From the NCBI GenBank assembly GCA_038208905.1, contig JBBQYG010000008.1:1-47235 (forward strand): DNA of 47,235 nucleotides, written 5' to 3'. Positions 34,601 through 45,148 of the stretch are shown in pieces; positions within the stretch are counted from its first letter, which is position 1, and every line of letters starts with the position of its first letter. The notes beneath the pieces are model-generated. The model was not told the origin of the DNA, ran no database searches, and saw nothing but the letters and a program-made list of their open reading frames with translations. The position numbers were made by a program, and so were the translations under genes. The stretch is from Candidatus Sumerlaeia bacterium (GTDB lineage: Bacteria > Sumerlaeota > Sumerlaeia > SLMS01).

Positions 34601-34616
34601 GCTTGAGAGCACAGGG

Positions 34617-34754
34617 CGCTTTCCGGAGGACTTCGCCATCCAACTCTGTGAGGAGGGACGGACAAACTTGAGGTCGCAAATTGCGACTTCAAGTTTGCCC
34701 ACGGGGAGAGGGCATAAGCGGCCCACGGTCGGCGCCGAATCGACATTCATATAG
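34617..34754 (+). pseudogene. Relic fragment of an ORF6N-domain (KilA-N-like DNA-binding) protein gene
   Basis: Frame from 34617 reads RFPEDFAIQLCEEGRTNLRSQIATSS, resembling the ORF6N-family motif RFPEDFMFQL..EE..NLRSQ.ATS. No N-terminal part; it degenerates downstream. Confidence 0.65.
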
Positions 34755-34945
34755 GCGATGAGGAAATTGCGCCTCAAATTCCCCACCCATTGATACGCCG
34801 CGCAGAAGGTAACTTCACCCAACACGATTACTCCGCCGCCAATCCCGAAATGACCAAATCCCCGCCGGATGCACCATTGGGAACCCCCGACGCCATTCTG
34901 GGGGCGATCCACCTCCAACTTGGATCCTCGGGAAAAGCTCGCCCA

Positions 34946-35890
34946 ATGAAGATCGTCATCCCCGGCGGCAGCGGATAAGTCGGCCAGATACTGGCTCGCG
35001 ACCTCGTTTCCGACGGGCACGAGGTCGTCGTCTTGTCGCGTCGGGTCGGATCGGGGCTCGTGGGTCGCATTGTGCCGTGGGATGGCGTGGCGGAAGGCCC
35101 CTGGGCCGATGAGTTGCGCGGCGCCGACGTGTTGATTAACATGGCGGGCTGTACGGTGAACTGTCGCTACAATGCCGAGAATCGCGCGCGCATTCTCGAC
35201 TCGCGCGTGCTTTCCACGCGGGTGCCGCGAAACGTGATGGCAGGCCTCGACAACCCGCCCCGCGTATGGCTCAACGCCAGCACGGCGACCATCTATCGCC
35301 ACGCGCTGGATCGTCCCATGGACGAGGCCACCGGCGAGATCGGTGGCCAAGAGCCCGGCGCGCCAGAGAAATGGAACTTCAGTATCAAGATCGCCAAAGA
35401 GTGGGAACGAGAATTCTTCGAGGGCACGCTCCCCGGCGTCCGCCGCGTCGCGATGCGGTCCGCCATGACCATGAGCCCCGACAAGGGCGGCGTCTTCGAC
35501 GTGAGCCTCGGCCTTGTCCGCGTTGACCTCGGCGGAACGAACGGCCCCGGCACCCAGTATTTCTCATGGGTTCACGACGCCGATTTCTGTGCAGCGATCC
35601 GGTTCCTGATCGACAACGAATCCGTAAGCGGCCCCGTGAATATTTCGTCGCCGAATCCACTCCCCGACGCCGAGTTCATGCGAATCCTCCGGCGTGCCTG
35701 GGGAACACCCATCGGCCTTCCCGCCACGCCCTGGATGATGGAAATTGGCGCGCTCTTCCTGCGCACTGAAACGGAACTCGTCCTCAAGAGCCGCCGCGGT
35801 GTCCCCGGGCGGCTGCTGGATGCCGGATTCCAGTTCCGCCACCCCGACTGGCCCGCCGCCGCCGTGGAGCTATGCACACGCTATCGCTAG
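34946..35890 (+). pseudogene. TIGR01777-type NAD-dependent epimerase/DUF1731 protein, interrupted by an in-frame TAA at codon 11
   Basis: MKIVIPGGSG*VGQILARDLVSDGHEVVVLSR continues in frame into ADVLINMAG, WLNASTATIY, SWVHDADF, GPVNISSPNP, LVLKSR..PGRLLDAGFQF. Stop at 34976-34978. Confidence 0.8.
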
Positions 35891-36047
35891 ATGAATGTGG
35901 CATCGGCCCGAGGGGACGGAAACCAAGGACAACATAAAAATGCTCCTGTCGCAAAGCCTCATCGCATCTTGACTGCCGGACTTATTTTCCGGACCTTCGC
36001 CCTCAATGCACGATGGCACGAACGTTGAATTCTCAGGACAAACACAG

Positions 36048-36818
36048 ATGCCCCACGAACAAGACTTGGAATTCGGCTGCGATAAATGCGCAGAATCATG
36101 GGGTAACTTCTCCATCACGATGGCCTTCCAGCCCATCGTGGACATCGAGATGCGCAAGGTTTTCGCCTACGAGGCGCTTGTTCGTGGCTCAAAAGGCGAG
36201 GGCGCGGGCACAATCCTCTCACGCATCAACGATGAAAACATCCACTCCTTCGATCAGCTCTGCCGCGCCACCGCGATCCGGATCGCCACTGGACTTGGCA
36301 TAGACAGCCTCCTCTCCATCAACTTCCTCCCCAACGCCGTCTACAATCCAGTCAACTGCCTGCGCGCGACCCTCACCGCTGCCGAGCGCTACGGCCTTCC
36401 GAAGGAGCGTCTCATTTTCGAAGTCACAGAATCCGAGGAAATCATCGACCGGTCCCACCTCGCCAACATCATCCGCGAGTACCGCAAGCTCGGCATCGGA
36501 GTCGCCATCGACGACTTTGGCGCGGGGCACTCGGGATTGAACCTCCTCGCCGAGGTCGAGCCCGACATCGTCAAGCTCGACCGATTTCTCATCACCGATA
36601 TAGACAAGGACAAGCGCAAGCAGGCCATCGTCCGCTCGCTCATCTCCCTCTGCGCCGACCTCCAAATGAAGGTCATCTGCGAGGGGATCGAGACGAACGT
36701 CGAGTACACGACGCTTCGCGACCTCGGCGTCCGCCTGATGCAAGGCTACTACTTCGCACACCCCGGGTTCGAGACACTGGCACCGGTTGATTTTGCGGCT
36801 CTTGACCGGCTGTCATAG
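36048..36818 (+). CDS. Stand-alone EAL-domain c-di-GMP phosphodiesterase with N-terminal CxxC
   Basis: GCDKC, AFQPIVD, YEALVRG, SINF, FEVTE, IDDFGAGHS, VKLD, EGIE, QGYYF. Start 36048 (AGGA RBS) or 36006. Confidence 0.9.
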   Translation: MPHEQDLEFGCDKCAESWGNFSITMAFQPIVDIEMRKVFAYEALVRGSKGEGAGTILSRINDENIHSFDQLCRATAIRIATGLGIDSLLSINFLPNAVYNPVNCLRATLTAAERYGLPKERLIFEVTESEEIIDRSHLANIIREYRKLGIGVAIDDFGAGHSGLNLLAEVEPDIVKLDRFLITDIDKDKRKQAIVRSLISLCADLQMKVICEGIETNVEYTTLRDLGVRLMQGYYFAHPGFETLAPVDFAALDRLS

Positions 36819-36893
36819 CGCGCCCGCCTGCACGCCACCATGGGCGGCATGCGTGCCGCCGACGACGGAATCCCCCACGGAGACAACCCAGCC

Positions 36894-37394
36894 ATGGCCA
36901 CACCACCAGAACTCTCGACATCTCCGATGATCGGCAAGCACGCCCCCGCCTTCAGCCTGCCAGACCAAGACGGCAAAACCCACAAACTCTCCGACTACAA
37001 GGGCAAACTGGTCGTCCTCTTTTGGTACCCAAAAGATGACACGCCGGGGTGCACAAAAGAGTCCTGTGGCTTCCGCGATCTGTCGAAGGACTTTGCCAAG
37101 CTGGGCGCTGTCGTGCTCGGTGCGTCGATGTTGGGCTCGAAGTCGAAGAAGAAGTTCGCCGACAAGATATCGCTCAACTATCCGCTGCTGGCGGATGAGG
37201 ACAATGCGGTGGCGACTGCCTACGGCGTGTGGGTGGAGAAGTCGATGTATGGGAAGAAGTACATGGGCATCTCGCGCGAGACTTTTGTGATTGGTCCCGA
37301 GGGAAAGATCGTCGCGCATTGGCCAAAGGCCGCTGGCTCGGAGGATCATGCGAGCGAGGTCTTGGCGAAGTTGAGAGATTTGCAGGCAATGTAA
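36894..37394 (+). CDS. bcp: Peroxiredoxin, BCP/PrxQ type
   Basis: APAFSLPDQDG, YPKDDTPGCTKESC, YPLLAD, YGVWVEKSMYGKKYMGI.RETF; GGAG before ATG 36894. Confidence 0.93.
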   Translation: MATPPELSTSPMIGKHAPAFSLPDQDGKTHKLSDYKGKLVVLFWYPKDDTPGCTKESCGFRDLSKDFAKLGAVVLGASMLGSKSKKKFADKISLNYPLLADEDNAVATAYGVWVEKSMYGKKYMGISRETFVIGPEGKIVAHWPKAAGSEDHASEVLAKLRDLQAM

Positions 37395-37729
37395 GCCTTC
37401 GCTCGACCAAACCGACAAATTCAAGATTCCTTGAGCCAAGCGCGGTGAGGGGTTTCCTCCATGCTGACACTCCGCGCCCCTCGATGCCCGGCATGCATTG
37501 GGGGTTGAATTGGTATCGACGACGCTCGATGCGTCAAAGCCTCTCGCCAACCGTGACCCCCGCGAATTTCCCGGCTGTTTCCCACTCTGGGAACCAACGG
37601 GCCACACACGGCCAGTTTCCTTATTGCTTTCCATCGGTGTCCCACGAGAGACTTATTTCACAGGCGGGAGTGAATGTTGCCCTCTCATCTTCATACGCGC
37701 CACCCCGTCAACTCAAGAAAGAAACCGCC

Positions 37730-37945
37730 ATGAACGTAGCAACCTCCAAGAGCCTCAGCGTAGCCTGTTTTGTCGCCGGCTTCGTTTCGATCACCGCGTC
37801 GATCGCCATTTGGTTTCTTGCTAAGGATCCCGATCCCGCCCACGGCGAGCGTTTCGGCATCTTTGTCGGTCTCTGGGCGCCAACCTTCTTCGCCCTCTCC
37901 AATCGCTTCGACCTCAATGCGCGCGACCTGCAAGGCAAGTCCTGA
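37730..37945 (+). CDS. Small two-TM membrane protein of unknown function
   Basis: 71 aa with two hydrophobic helices and a HGERFGIFVGLWAPTFF segment; AAGAAAG upstream; codon usage like the flanking genes. Confidence 0.75.
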   Translation: MNVATSKSLSVACFVAGFVSITASIAIWFLAKDPDPAHGERFGIFVGLWAPTFFALSNRFDLNARDLQGKS

Positions 37946-38185
37946 AGTCCAGAATCGTTGGAGAGCACCTGGCTGATCGGAAGGACTGTGCAGCGATTCC
38001 CGCCGCTGGTGGTGATTAGAGATCTGCTCTGGCTTGCTACGCCGAGCTAAGTTCTCGGAGCAGGCAGCCGGCCGACGACGCCATGTCCACCGAGACACAT
38101 GCCCGTGGCCTCGTACGACCGGAAAATTCACGCGACGGGATCACCGCTGAAGTCTTCACGTTGCTGCACGGCACTCGCAATTGAC

Positions 38186-38225
38186 CGGACCCCGGTAGTG
38201 CCTTCGTGGCCACTGCCGGGGTCCG
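38186..38225. terminator. Strong hairpin between convergent genes (downstream of katG)
   Basis: CGGACCCCGGTAGTG / CACTGCCGGGGTCCG 15-bp stem with one G-U, 10-nt loop. Confidence 0.55.
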
Positions 38226-38263
38226 TGTGTTGTCAGCCTACTGATCTCGCGCCCTACCTCGCC

Positions 38264-40552
<2,289 letters not shown>

Positions 40553-40642
40553 CTACCCGCCGGGGGTCCACCGGAAATTCCCGCGGGGGGGGTGGCGCAG
40601 GCGTTCCGCTCGCGAAGTCTGTGGGAGAAGGGAACCCCTGCG

Positions 40643-41133
40643 CTACTCGCAGGGACCCCATGGGTAAAAGTTGTCGTAGCGGGACGAAGAATAGCGAGAC
40701 GTGAAAAAATCGCGGAAGAACTCGATCGGTGCGGCGTCACCCGTTGATGCCATTTCGGCTTTCAGGGCTCGAGACGCCTCGAACTTTTCGTCAGTATCCA
40801 GTGGGTCGCCATGGTCATCCTTGATCGATTTGTACCCCATGCTCTTGAGGTGCCGACTCACTGCCCAAGCCTCGGAATTGATGTCGAACTCGCCCACGAA
40901 GGTGCGCTTCCGTCCCTCGTATACTTCCGTCGTGATTGGTCCCAAGTACGGCTCTGAAGCGAGACCTCCGCAGCCGCGCCAGCGGTGTCAGCTGGCTCAT
41001 CTGCACACAGGACACGATACACTCTGGAGTTTAGGGGGCTCTGGATGCCCGTAGTTGGCCGTGCATTTCCAGTCACGAAGCAAAGGAGCCCAAGTCCCAC
41101 CAATGCGGCACATAATCGAATACGTGGCGTCAT
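40643..41133 (-). pseudogene. Probable broken gene for a secreted hypothetical protein
   Basis: Signal-peptide-like start MTPRIRLCAALVGLGLLCF at 41133. A different frame carries a protein-like 100-aa C-terminal part (40945-40643) preceded by two TGA stops. Lower GC than flanks. Confidence 0.3.
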
Positions 41134-41200
41134 AAGCAGTCCTTCACTCAGCGTTGCGCGATCTCCCCACCCAATTTCAAGCATTTTTCTGACAGGGATT

Positions 41201-42181
41201 CTACATGCTCGTTTGACCATGCACCGCCCGCACCACCACATGGCCGCGCTTGCGACCGCTTTCAACGTGGCGGTGTGCCTCGGCGATTTCGACGAGGGGA
41301 AACTCGCGCTCGATGGGCGGGCGGAAGTGGCCCGACTCGGCGAGGCGAATCAGATGCTCCATGTCCTCGAGCGTGGCGGCGGCGGGTCCGGCGATGAGCC
41401 GCCCCCCGCCGACGAGGACAGCGCGGAGTGTATCGCCAAGGCCCGCCGCCACCAGCGCGAGGCGGCCACCGGGGGCGAGTGCCGCGCGCCCGCGCGCCGG
41501 GCTGACAGTGCCCGTGGTGTCGATGATCACGTCATAGCGCTCTGGCATCGTGGCAAAATCCCGGGTGCGATAGTCGATGACGCGCTCCGCGCCGAGCGCG
41601 GTGACAAACTCGGCATTGGCCGCGCTGCACACGCCAGCCACCGTCGCGCCAAGATGTCGCGCCAACTGCACCACGGAGGTACCCACCGCGCCCGAGGCGC
41701 CGCAGACCAGAACACGCTCGCCGGATTGCACCCGGGTCTTGCGCAGAAAGTGCAGCGCCGTCAGCCCGCCGAAGCACAGCGCCGCGCCCGTGGCGAAATC
41801 CATCGAGGGCGGCATCGGCGCCAGCATGCCGTCGGCCTTCATCGCGCGGAACTCCGCGTGGGCGCCCATGCTCACGTCGGGAAATGCAATCACGCGGTCG
41901 CCGGGAGAGAAGCGCGTGACGCCCGAGCCGACAGACTCAATCACGCCGGAGAGTTCTGATCCCAGGATCGGCTGGCGTGGCCCCGTGAATCCAAAGATCA
42001 ATCGACCCAGCGGACCGAACCCCGGCGGCAGGTCCAGCGTCCGCACGCGCCAGTCGGCCGACGTGACCGTGGTGGCGTGGACGCGGATGAGCACCTCGCC
42101 CGGCGCAGGCACCGGCGTGGGGATATCCACGATGCGGACCACGTCGGGTGGTCCGTATTTATAGCAGCAGGCGGCTTTCAA
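41201..42181 (-). CDS. NAD(P)-dependent MDR-family oxidoreductase (quinone reductase-like)
   Basis: KAA...YGPPDV, EVLIRVHA, ILGSELSG, GASGAVGT, VIDY, AEAHRHVESGRKRG; TTG 42181. Confidence 0.9.
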   Translation of the reverse strand: MKAACCYKYGPPDVVRIVDIPTPVPAPGEVLIRVHATTVTSADWRVRTLDLPPGFGPLGRLIFGFTGPRQPILGSELSGVIESVGSGVTRFSPGDRVIAFPDVSMGAHAEFRAMKADGMLAPMPPSMDFATGAALCFGGLTALHFLRKTRVQSGERVLVCGASGAVGTSVVQLARHLGATVAGVCSAANAEFVTALGAERVIDYRTRDFATMPERYDVIIDTTGTVSPARGRAALAPGGRLALVAAGLGDTLRAVLVGGGRLIAGPAAATLEDMEHLIRLAESGHFRPPIEREFPLVEIAEAHRHVESGRKRGHVVVRAVHGQTSM

Positions 42182-42225
42182 GGATGATGATCCATTGTGT
42201 AGATGTAGAGATGATGAACGGTGGA

Positions 42226-43173
42226 CTACGCACCGCCAAAGGTGACATACTCGCGCTGGAACGATCCATCGGCCCACAGCTTGACGATCGCATAGCCGGG
42301 CGGGCACCCCTTGTGGTCGCCATGCCACCACGAGCCAGAGACGGCCCCGTTGCAGAGATAAGTCTTCCCCTCGAAGACAACATCGTCCACCAAATGGATG
42401 TGGCCGCTGAGGCAAACCTTCACCTGGGGGAAGCGCCGAAGCAAATGCACCAGCTTGTGAACGTCTTGGTGCATGAGGGCTCCGGGTACTTGGAATTGGT
42501 ACTTCTGCACGATATCATCCTCGAAGAAGAACGGAGTCACGCTCAGGATCGGAACGTGGCTGGCGATCAGTACGGGCATCCCGGTCGGAGTTGATTGAAG
42601 AGTCGCTTCGAGCCACGCATACTGCTCGTCGTCGATCACGGGAAGGTAGCCGCCGTCGCCCCGTTCCTGGACACTGTCGAGCACCACAAATCGCCAGCCG
42701 CCGATGTCCTTTGTATAGAAGGTCTTCTCCATGCCGAGTTCCTGCATCGCCCAGCGCTTCCCATACAGCGGCTCGGTGCCTGTCGTGCCCGCCTTGCTGC
42801 GCTGCCATCCCCAGCAGTCATGGTTTCCGATCATGTGATAAACGGGCAGGGTGCAACCAGCCTTCATAATGGTGGCGAATTGATCCCACTGGGCGCGTGT
42901 GCTGTCCTCCGCCGCGCCAAGGGAACTCATGATCGAATCGCCGCCATTCAGGATGAAAGTGGGCTTGTCGGCATGGGCCTGGACGTGGCGAAGGCACTTG
43001 GCGAGGCCCTCAGGTCCGGCACCGGTCGGCTTGATGTGCATGTCAGTTAGATGCGCGAATACAACGGAGGGCGGCGCGACTGTTGCCGGAGCACTCTCCG
43101 CCAGCGATGGCGCGGCCATCGCGGCAGCCCCCACGGTGGAGGAGACTAGAAAATGGCGGCGTGAGACGGTCAT
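42226..43173 (-). CDS. Tat-exported calcineurin-like metallophosphoesterase
   Basis: SRRHFL twin-arginine signal; HLTDMH, NGGD, GNHD, SHVP and SGHIH motifs; GGAGG RBS before ATG 43173. Confidence 0.9.
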   Translation of the reverse strand: MTVSRRHFLVSSTVGAAAMAAPSLAESAPATVAPPSVVFAHLTDMHIKPTGAGPEGLAKCLRHVQAHADKPTFILNGGDSIMSSLGAAEDSTRAQWDQFATIMKAGCTLPVYHMIGNHDCWGWQRSKAGTTGTEPLYGKRWAMQELGMEKTFYTKDIGGWRFVVLDSVQERGDGGYLPVIDDEQYAWLEATLQSTPTGMPVLIASHVPILSVTPFFFEDDIVQKYQFQVPGALMHQDVHKLVHLLRRFPQVKVCLSGHIHLVDDVVFEGKTYLCNGAVSGSWWHGDHKGCPPGYAIVKLWADGSFQREYVTFGGA

Positions 43174-43269
43174 GGAATAGACCTCCAACTGAAATATGAC
43201 CCAAGCAAATGAGGAGTCATGCCGAGTGGGCAAGCGTCACTCTACCTATGCATCGTCGGGCAGTTATGG

Positions 43270-45006
43270 CTAATTCACTTCCCAGTTCTCACCCGTCGGC
43301 AGCGGCCCGATATAGTCAAGGCGCACGGCGCCCGAGTAGAATCGATTGCCGGTGGTCGCGCCGTTTCCAACTGTAATGGAATGATCGCCCAGCAGGCCGT
43401 CGCTCGATCCGGTTCCGAAATCGAACTGGCCCAACATCCGCCACCCGTTTGCGTTGGACTGCGTGTTCTGGTTCTGGGTAAAGGTGTCGGTTCCGTTCAG
43501 GTGGGAAACGGTGCACTGAACGCTCGCGATGTTGTTGCTGCTGTAGGAGTAGGCGACCTCCACGGAGTAAGTTCCCGCCACTTCGAAAATGGGCCGGAAC
43601 GCCGCGCTACGTCCTGCGACGGAGGCGCCGCAGTACCGCTGGGCACCGGAGTTGTTCACGCCCGGTGCCGTGAATTGAATCGTCGAATTGCTCCATCCAC
43701 CCGCGGCGGTGTTCTCGGTATACCACTGGTTGTTGATGCCGGTGGGCGTCCCCTGAACGATGAACGCCGGAGGCGCGCCCGTCAGCGGGGGCCGAACGGT
43801 CACGCTGAAGCCGAGCGCGTTGTCGGCAGGCCCGAACCATCCTTCCGTGCTGTGCCAGAGCGCAAAGGTCTCCGTAAACAATGTGTCCGTTGCGACGGTC
43901 GGTGGCACCAAATTGAGTATGAATGTTGCCGTTCCTCCGGGCGCAACGCTGGCGGGCTCCATCACAGCGAAGGTGGTTTCCTGGCCCGCGGGGACGAAGC
44001 CGCTTGCGCGACCAAAAGCGCGGCTCGGAACGATGCCGACGGTCGATGGCGTCCACGTCTGGGTCCCGATGTTGGCATACGTCGCAACGACGGGATAGGC
44101 CTCGCCGCTGCGGGTGAGAGGACTCACCACGAGACTGGTCAATCGCGCATCCCACTCCACCGGAGTCGCTGCGCCCGGCGCGATGATCGAGAGACCGTCT
44201 GTCACCGATCGCACAGAGCCATCGGAAGGAACATTGACGATACCATTGCCGGGCTCGTTCCTTGCCCACATAGCCGAGGACCCGCCGCCGTCCATGTTCA
44301 GCCCGTCGCTCGCGCCCAGGCCCTCGAAGAGGGTCTGCAGTTCAACGAGTGTCATTCCCGCGGCGCCGCTACGGCGTCCATCCACGATGACAAACAAGAA
44401 CCTGCCGTCCGGCGTCTTCCCCACGGCCGTGCGCGGATGGCGATCAACGTTGTAGAAAGCTTGGCCGAGCGGCAGCGAATAGCGCACGCCTTCGTCCCAG
44501 AGCGGAACATTCGAAGCCATTACATCCGGCTCGGTCCGGTCGTTCCACTTTCCCGCCGTGGTCGGGCGCAGGACGGTATCCGCATCACCGGCGGCATCGA
44601 CCACCACACCCCCCTCGTCGTGGGCATCAACGACCGACACATAGCGCACAATCCCATCGATGCGCACGTGCTGCAACGGGATACCGTTGGAAAGATTGAT
44701 GAAGTTGCCGTTCACCACAAAGGCGGTGTTGGCGTAGTCGCCCACGAAACTCGTGATCGGGACCCTGGTGCCTCCCGCGCGATAGTTTATCTTCACGGTA
44801 TTCCCAGCGACACTCATATCGACGCTGGCGACATGGACATCCTGCTGGCTGTTGAACAGGTTGTCGAAATGGTAGTACCGCCACGTTGCCCCCGCAGCCA
44901 CCTCGCGCTCGAACCAGTTGGCGTTCTGAATCTTTTCGACATCCGACTGTGCGAATGCGGCAAGGGGGAGAAGTGCAAGCAACCCGGCAACGAGGCAATA
45001 TTTCAT
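43270..45006 (-). CDS. Secreted phosphodiester glycosidase (NAGPA-like) with NBR1-Ig-like and golvesin/xanthan-lyase-C-terminal-like domains
   Basis: Signal peptide ending AFA|Q; VNGNF, HPRTAVG, VDGR, NMDGGGSS; YANIGTQTW..VAPGGTATF..EGWFG; AGTYSVEV..W..LGQFDF..AVRL; GGAG before ATG 45006. Confidence 0.82.
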   Translation of the reverse strand: MKYCLVAGLLALLPLAAFAQSDVEKIQNANWFEREVAAGATWRYYHFDNLFNSQQDVHVASVDMSVAGNTVKINYRAGGTRVPITSFVGDYANTAFVVNGNFINLSNGIPLQHVRIDGIVRYVSVVDAHDEGGVVVDAAGDADTVLRPTTAGKWNDRTEPDVMASNVPLWDEGVRYSLPLGQAFYNVDRHPRTAVGKTPDGRFLFVIVDGRRSGAAGMTLVELQTLFEGLGASDGLNMDGGGSSAMWARNEPGNGIVNVPSDGSVRSVTDGLSIIAPGAATPVEWDARLTSLVVSPLTRSGEAYPVVATYANIGTQTWTPSTVGIVPSRAFGRASGFVPAGQETTFAVMEPASVAPGGTATFILNLVPPTVATDTLFTETFALWHSTEGWFGPADNALGFSVTVRPPLTGAPPAFIVQGTPTGINNQWYTENTAAGGWSNSTIQFTAPGVNNSGAQRYCGASVAGRSAAFRPIFEVAGTYSVEVAYSYSSNNIASVQCTVSHLNGTDTFTQNQNTQSNANGWRMLGQFDFGTGSSDGLLGDHSITVGNGATTGNRFYSGAVRLDYIGPLPTGENWEVN

Positions 45007-45148
45007 CGAAAACTCCACACGGGAATAGGAGAGCAAAGCCCCTTTAAGATTACTCCCCGCGAAGTGTCCGTCAATCAAATGCTCGCGGTCTTGGTGGGCC
45101 AACGCCCCCGGTGTATTCACTGAATCGGCACCAGTCAGCGGAAGACCG

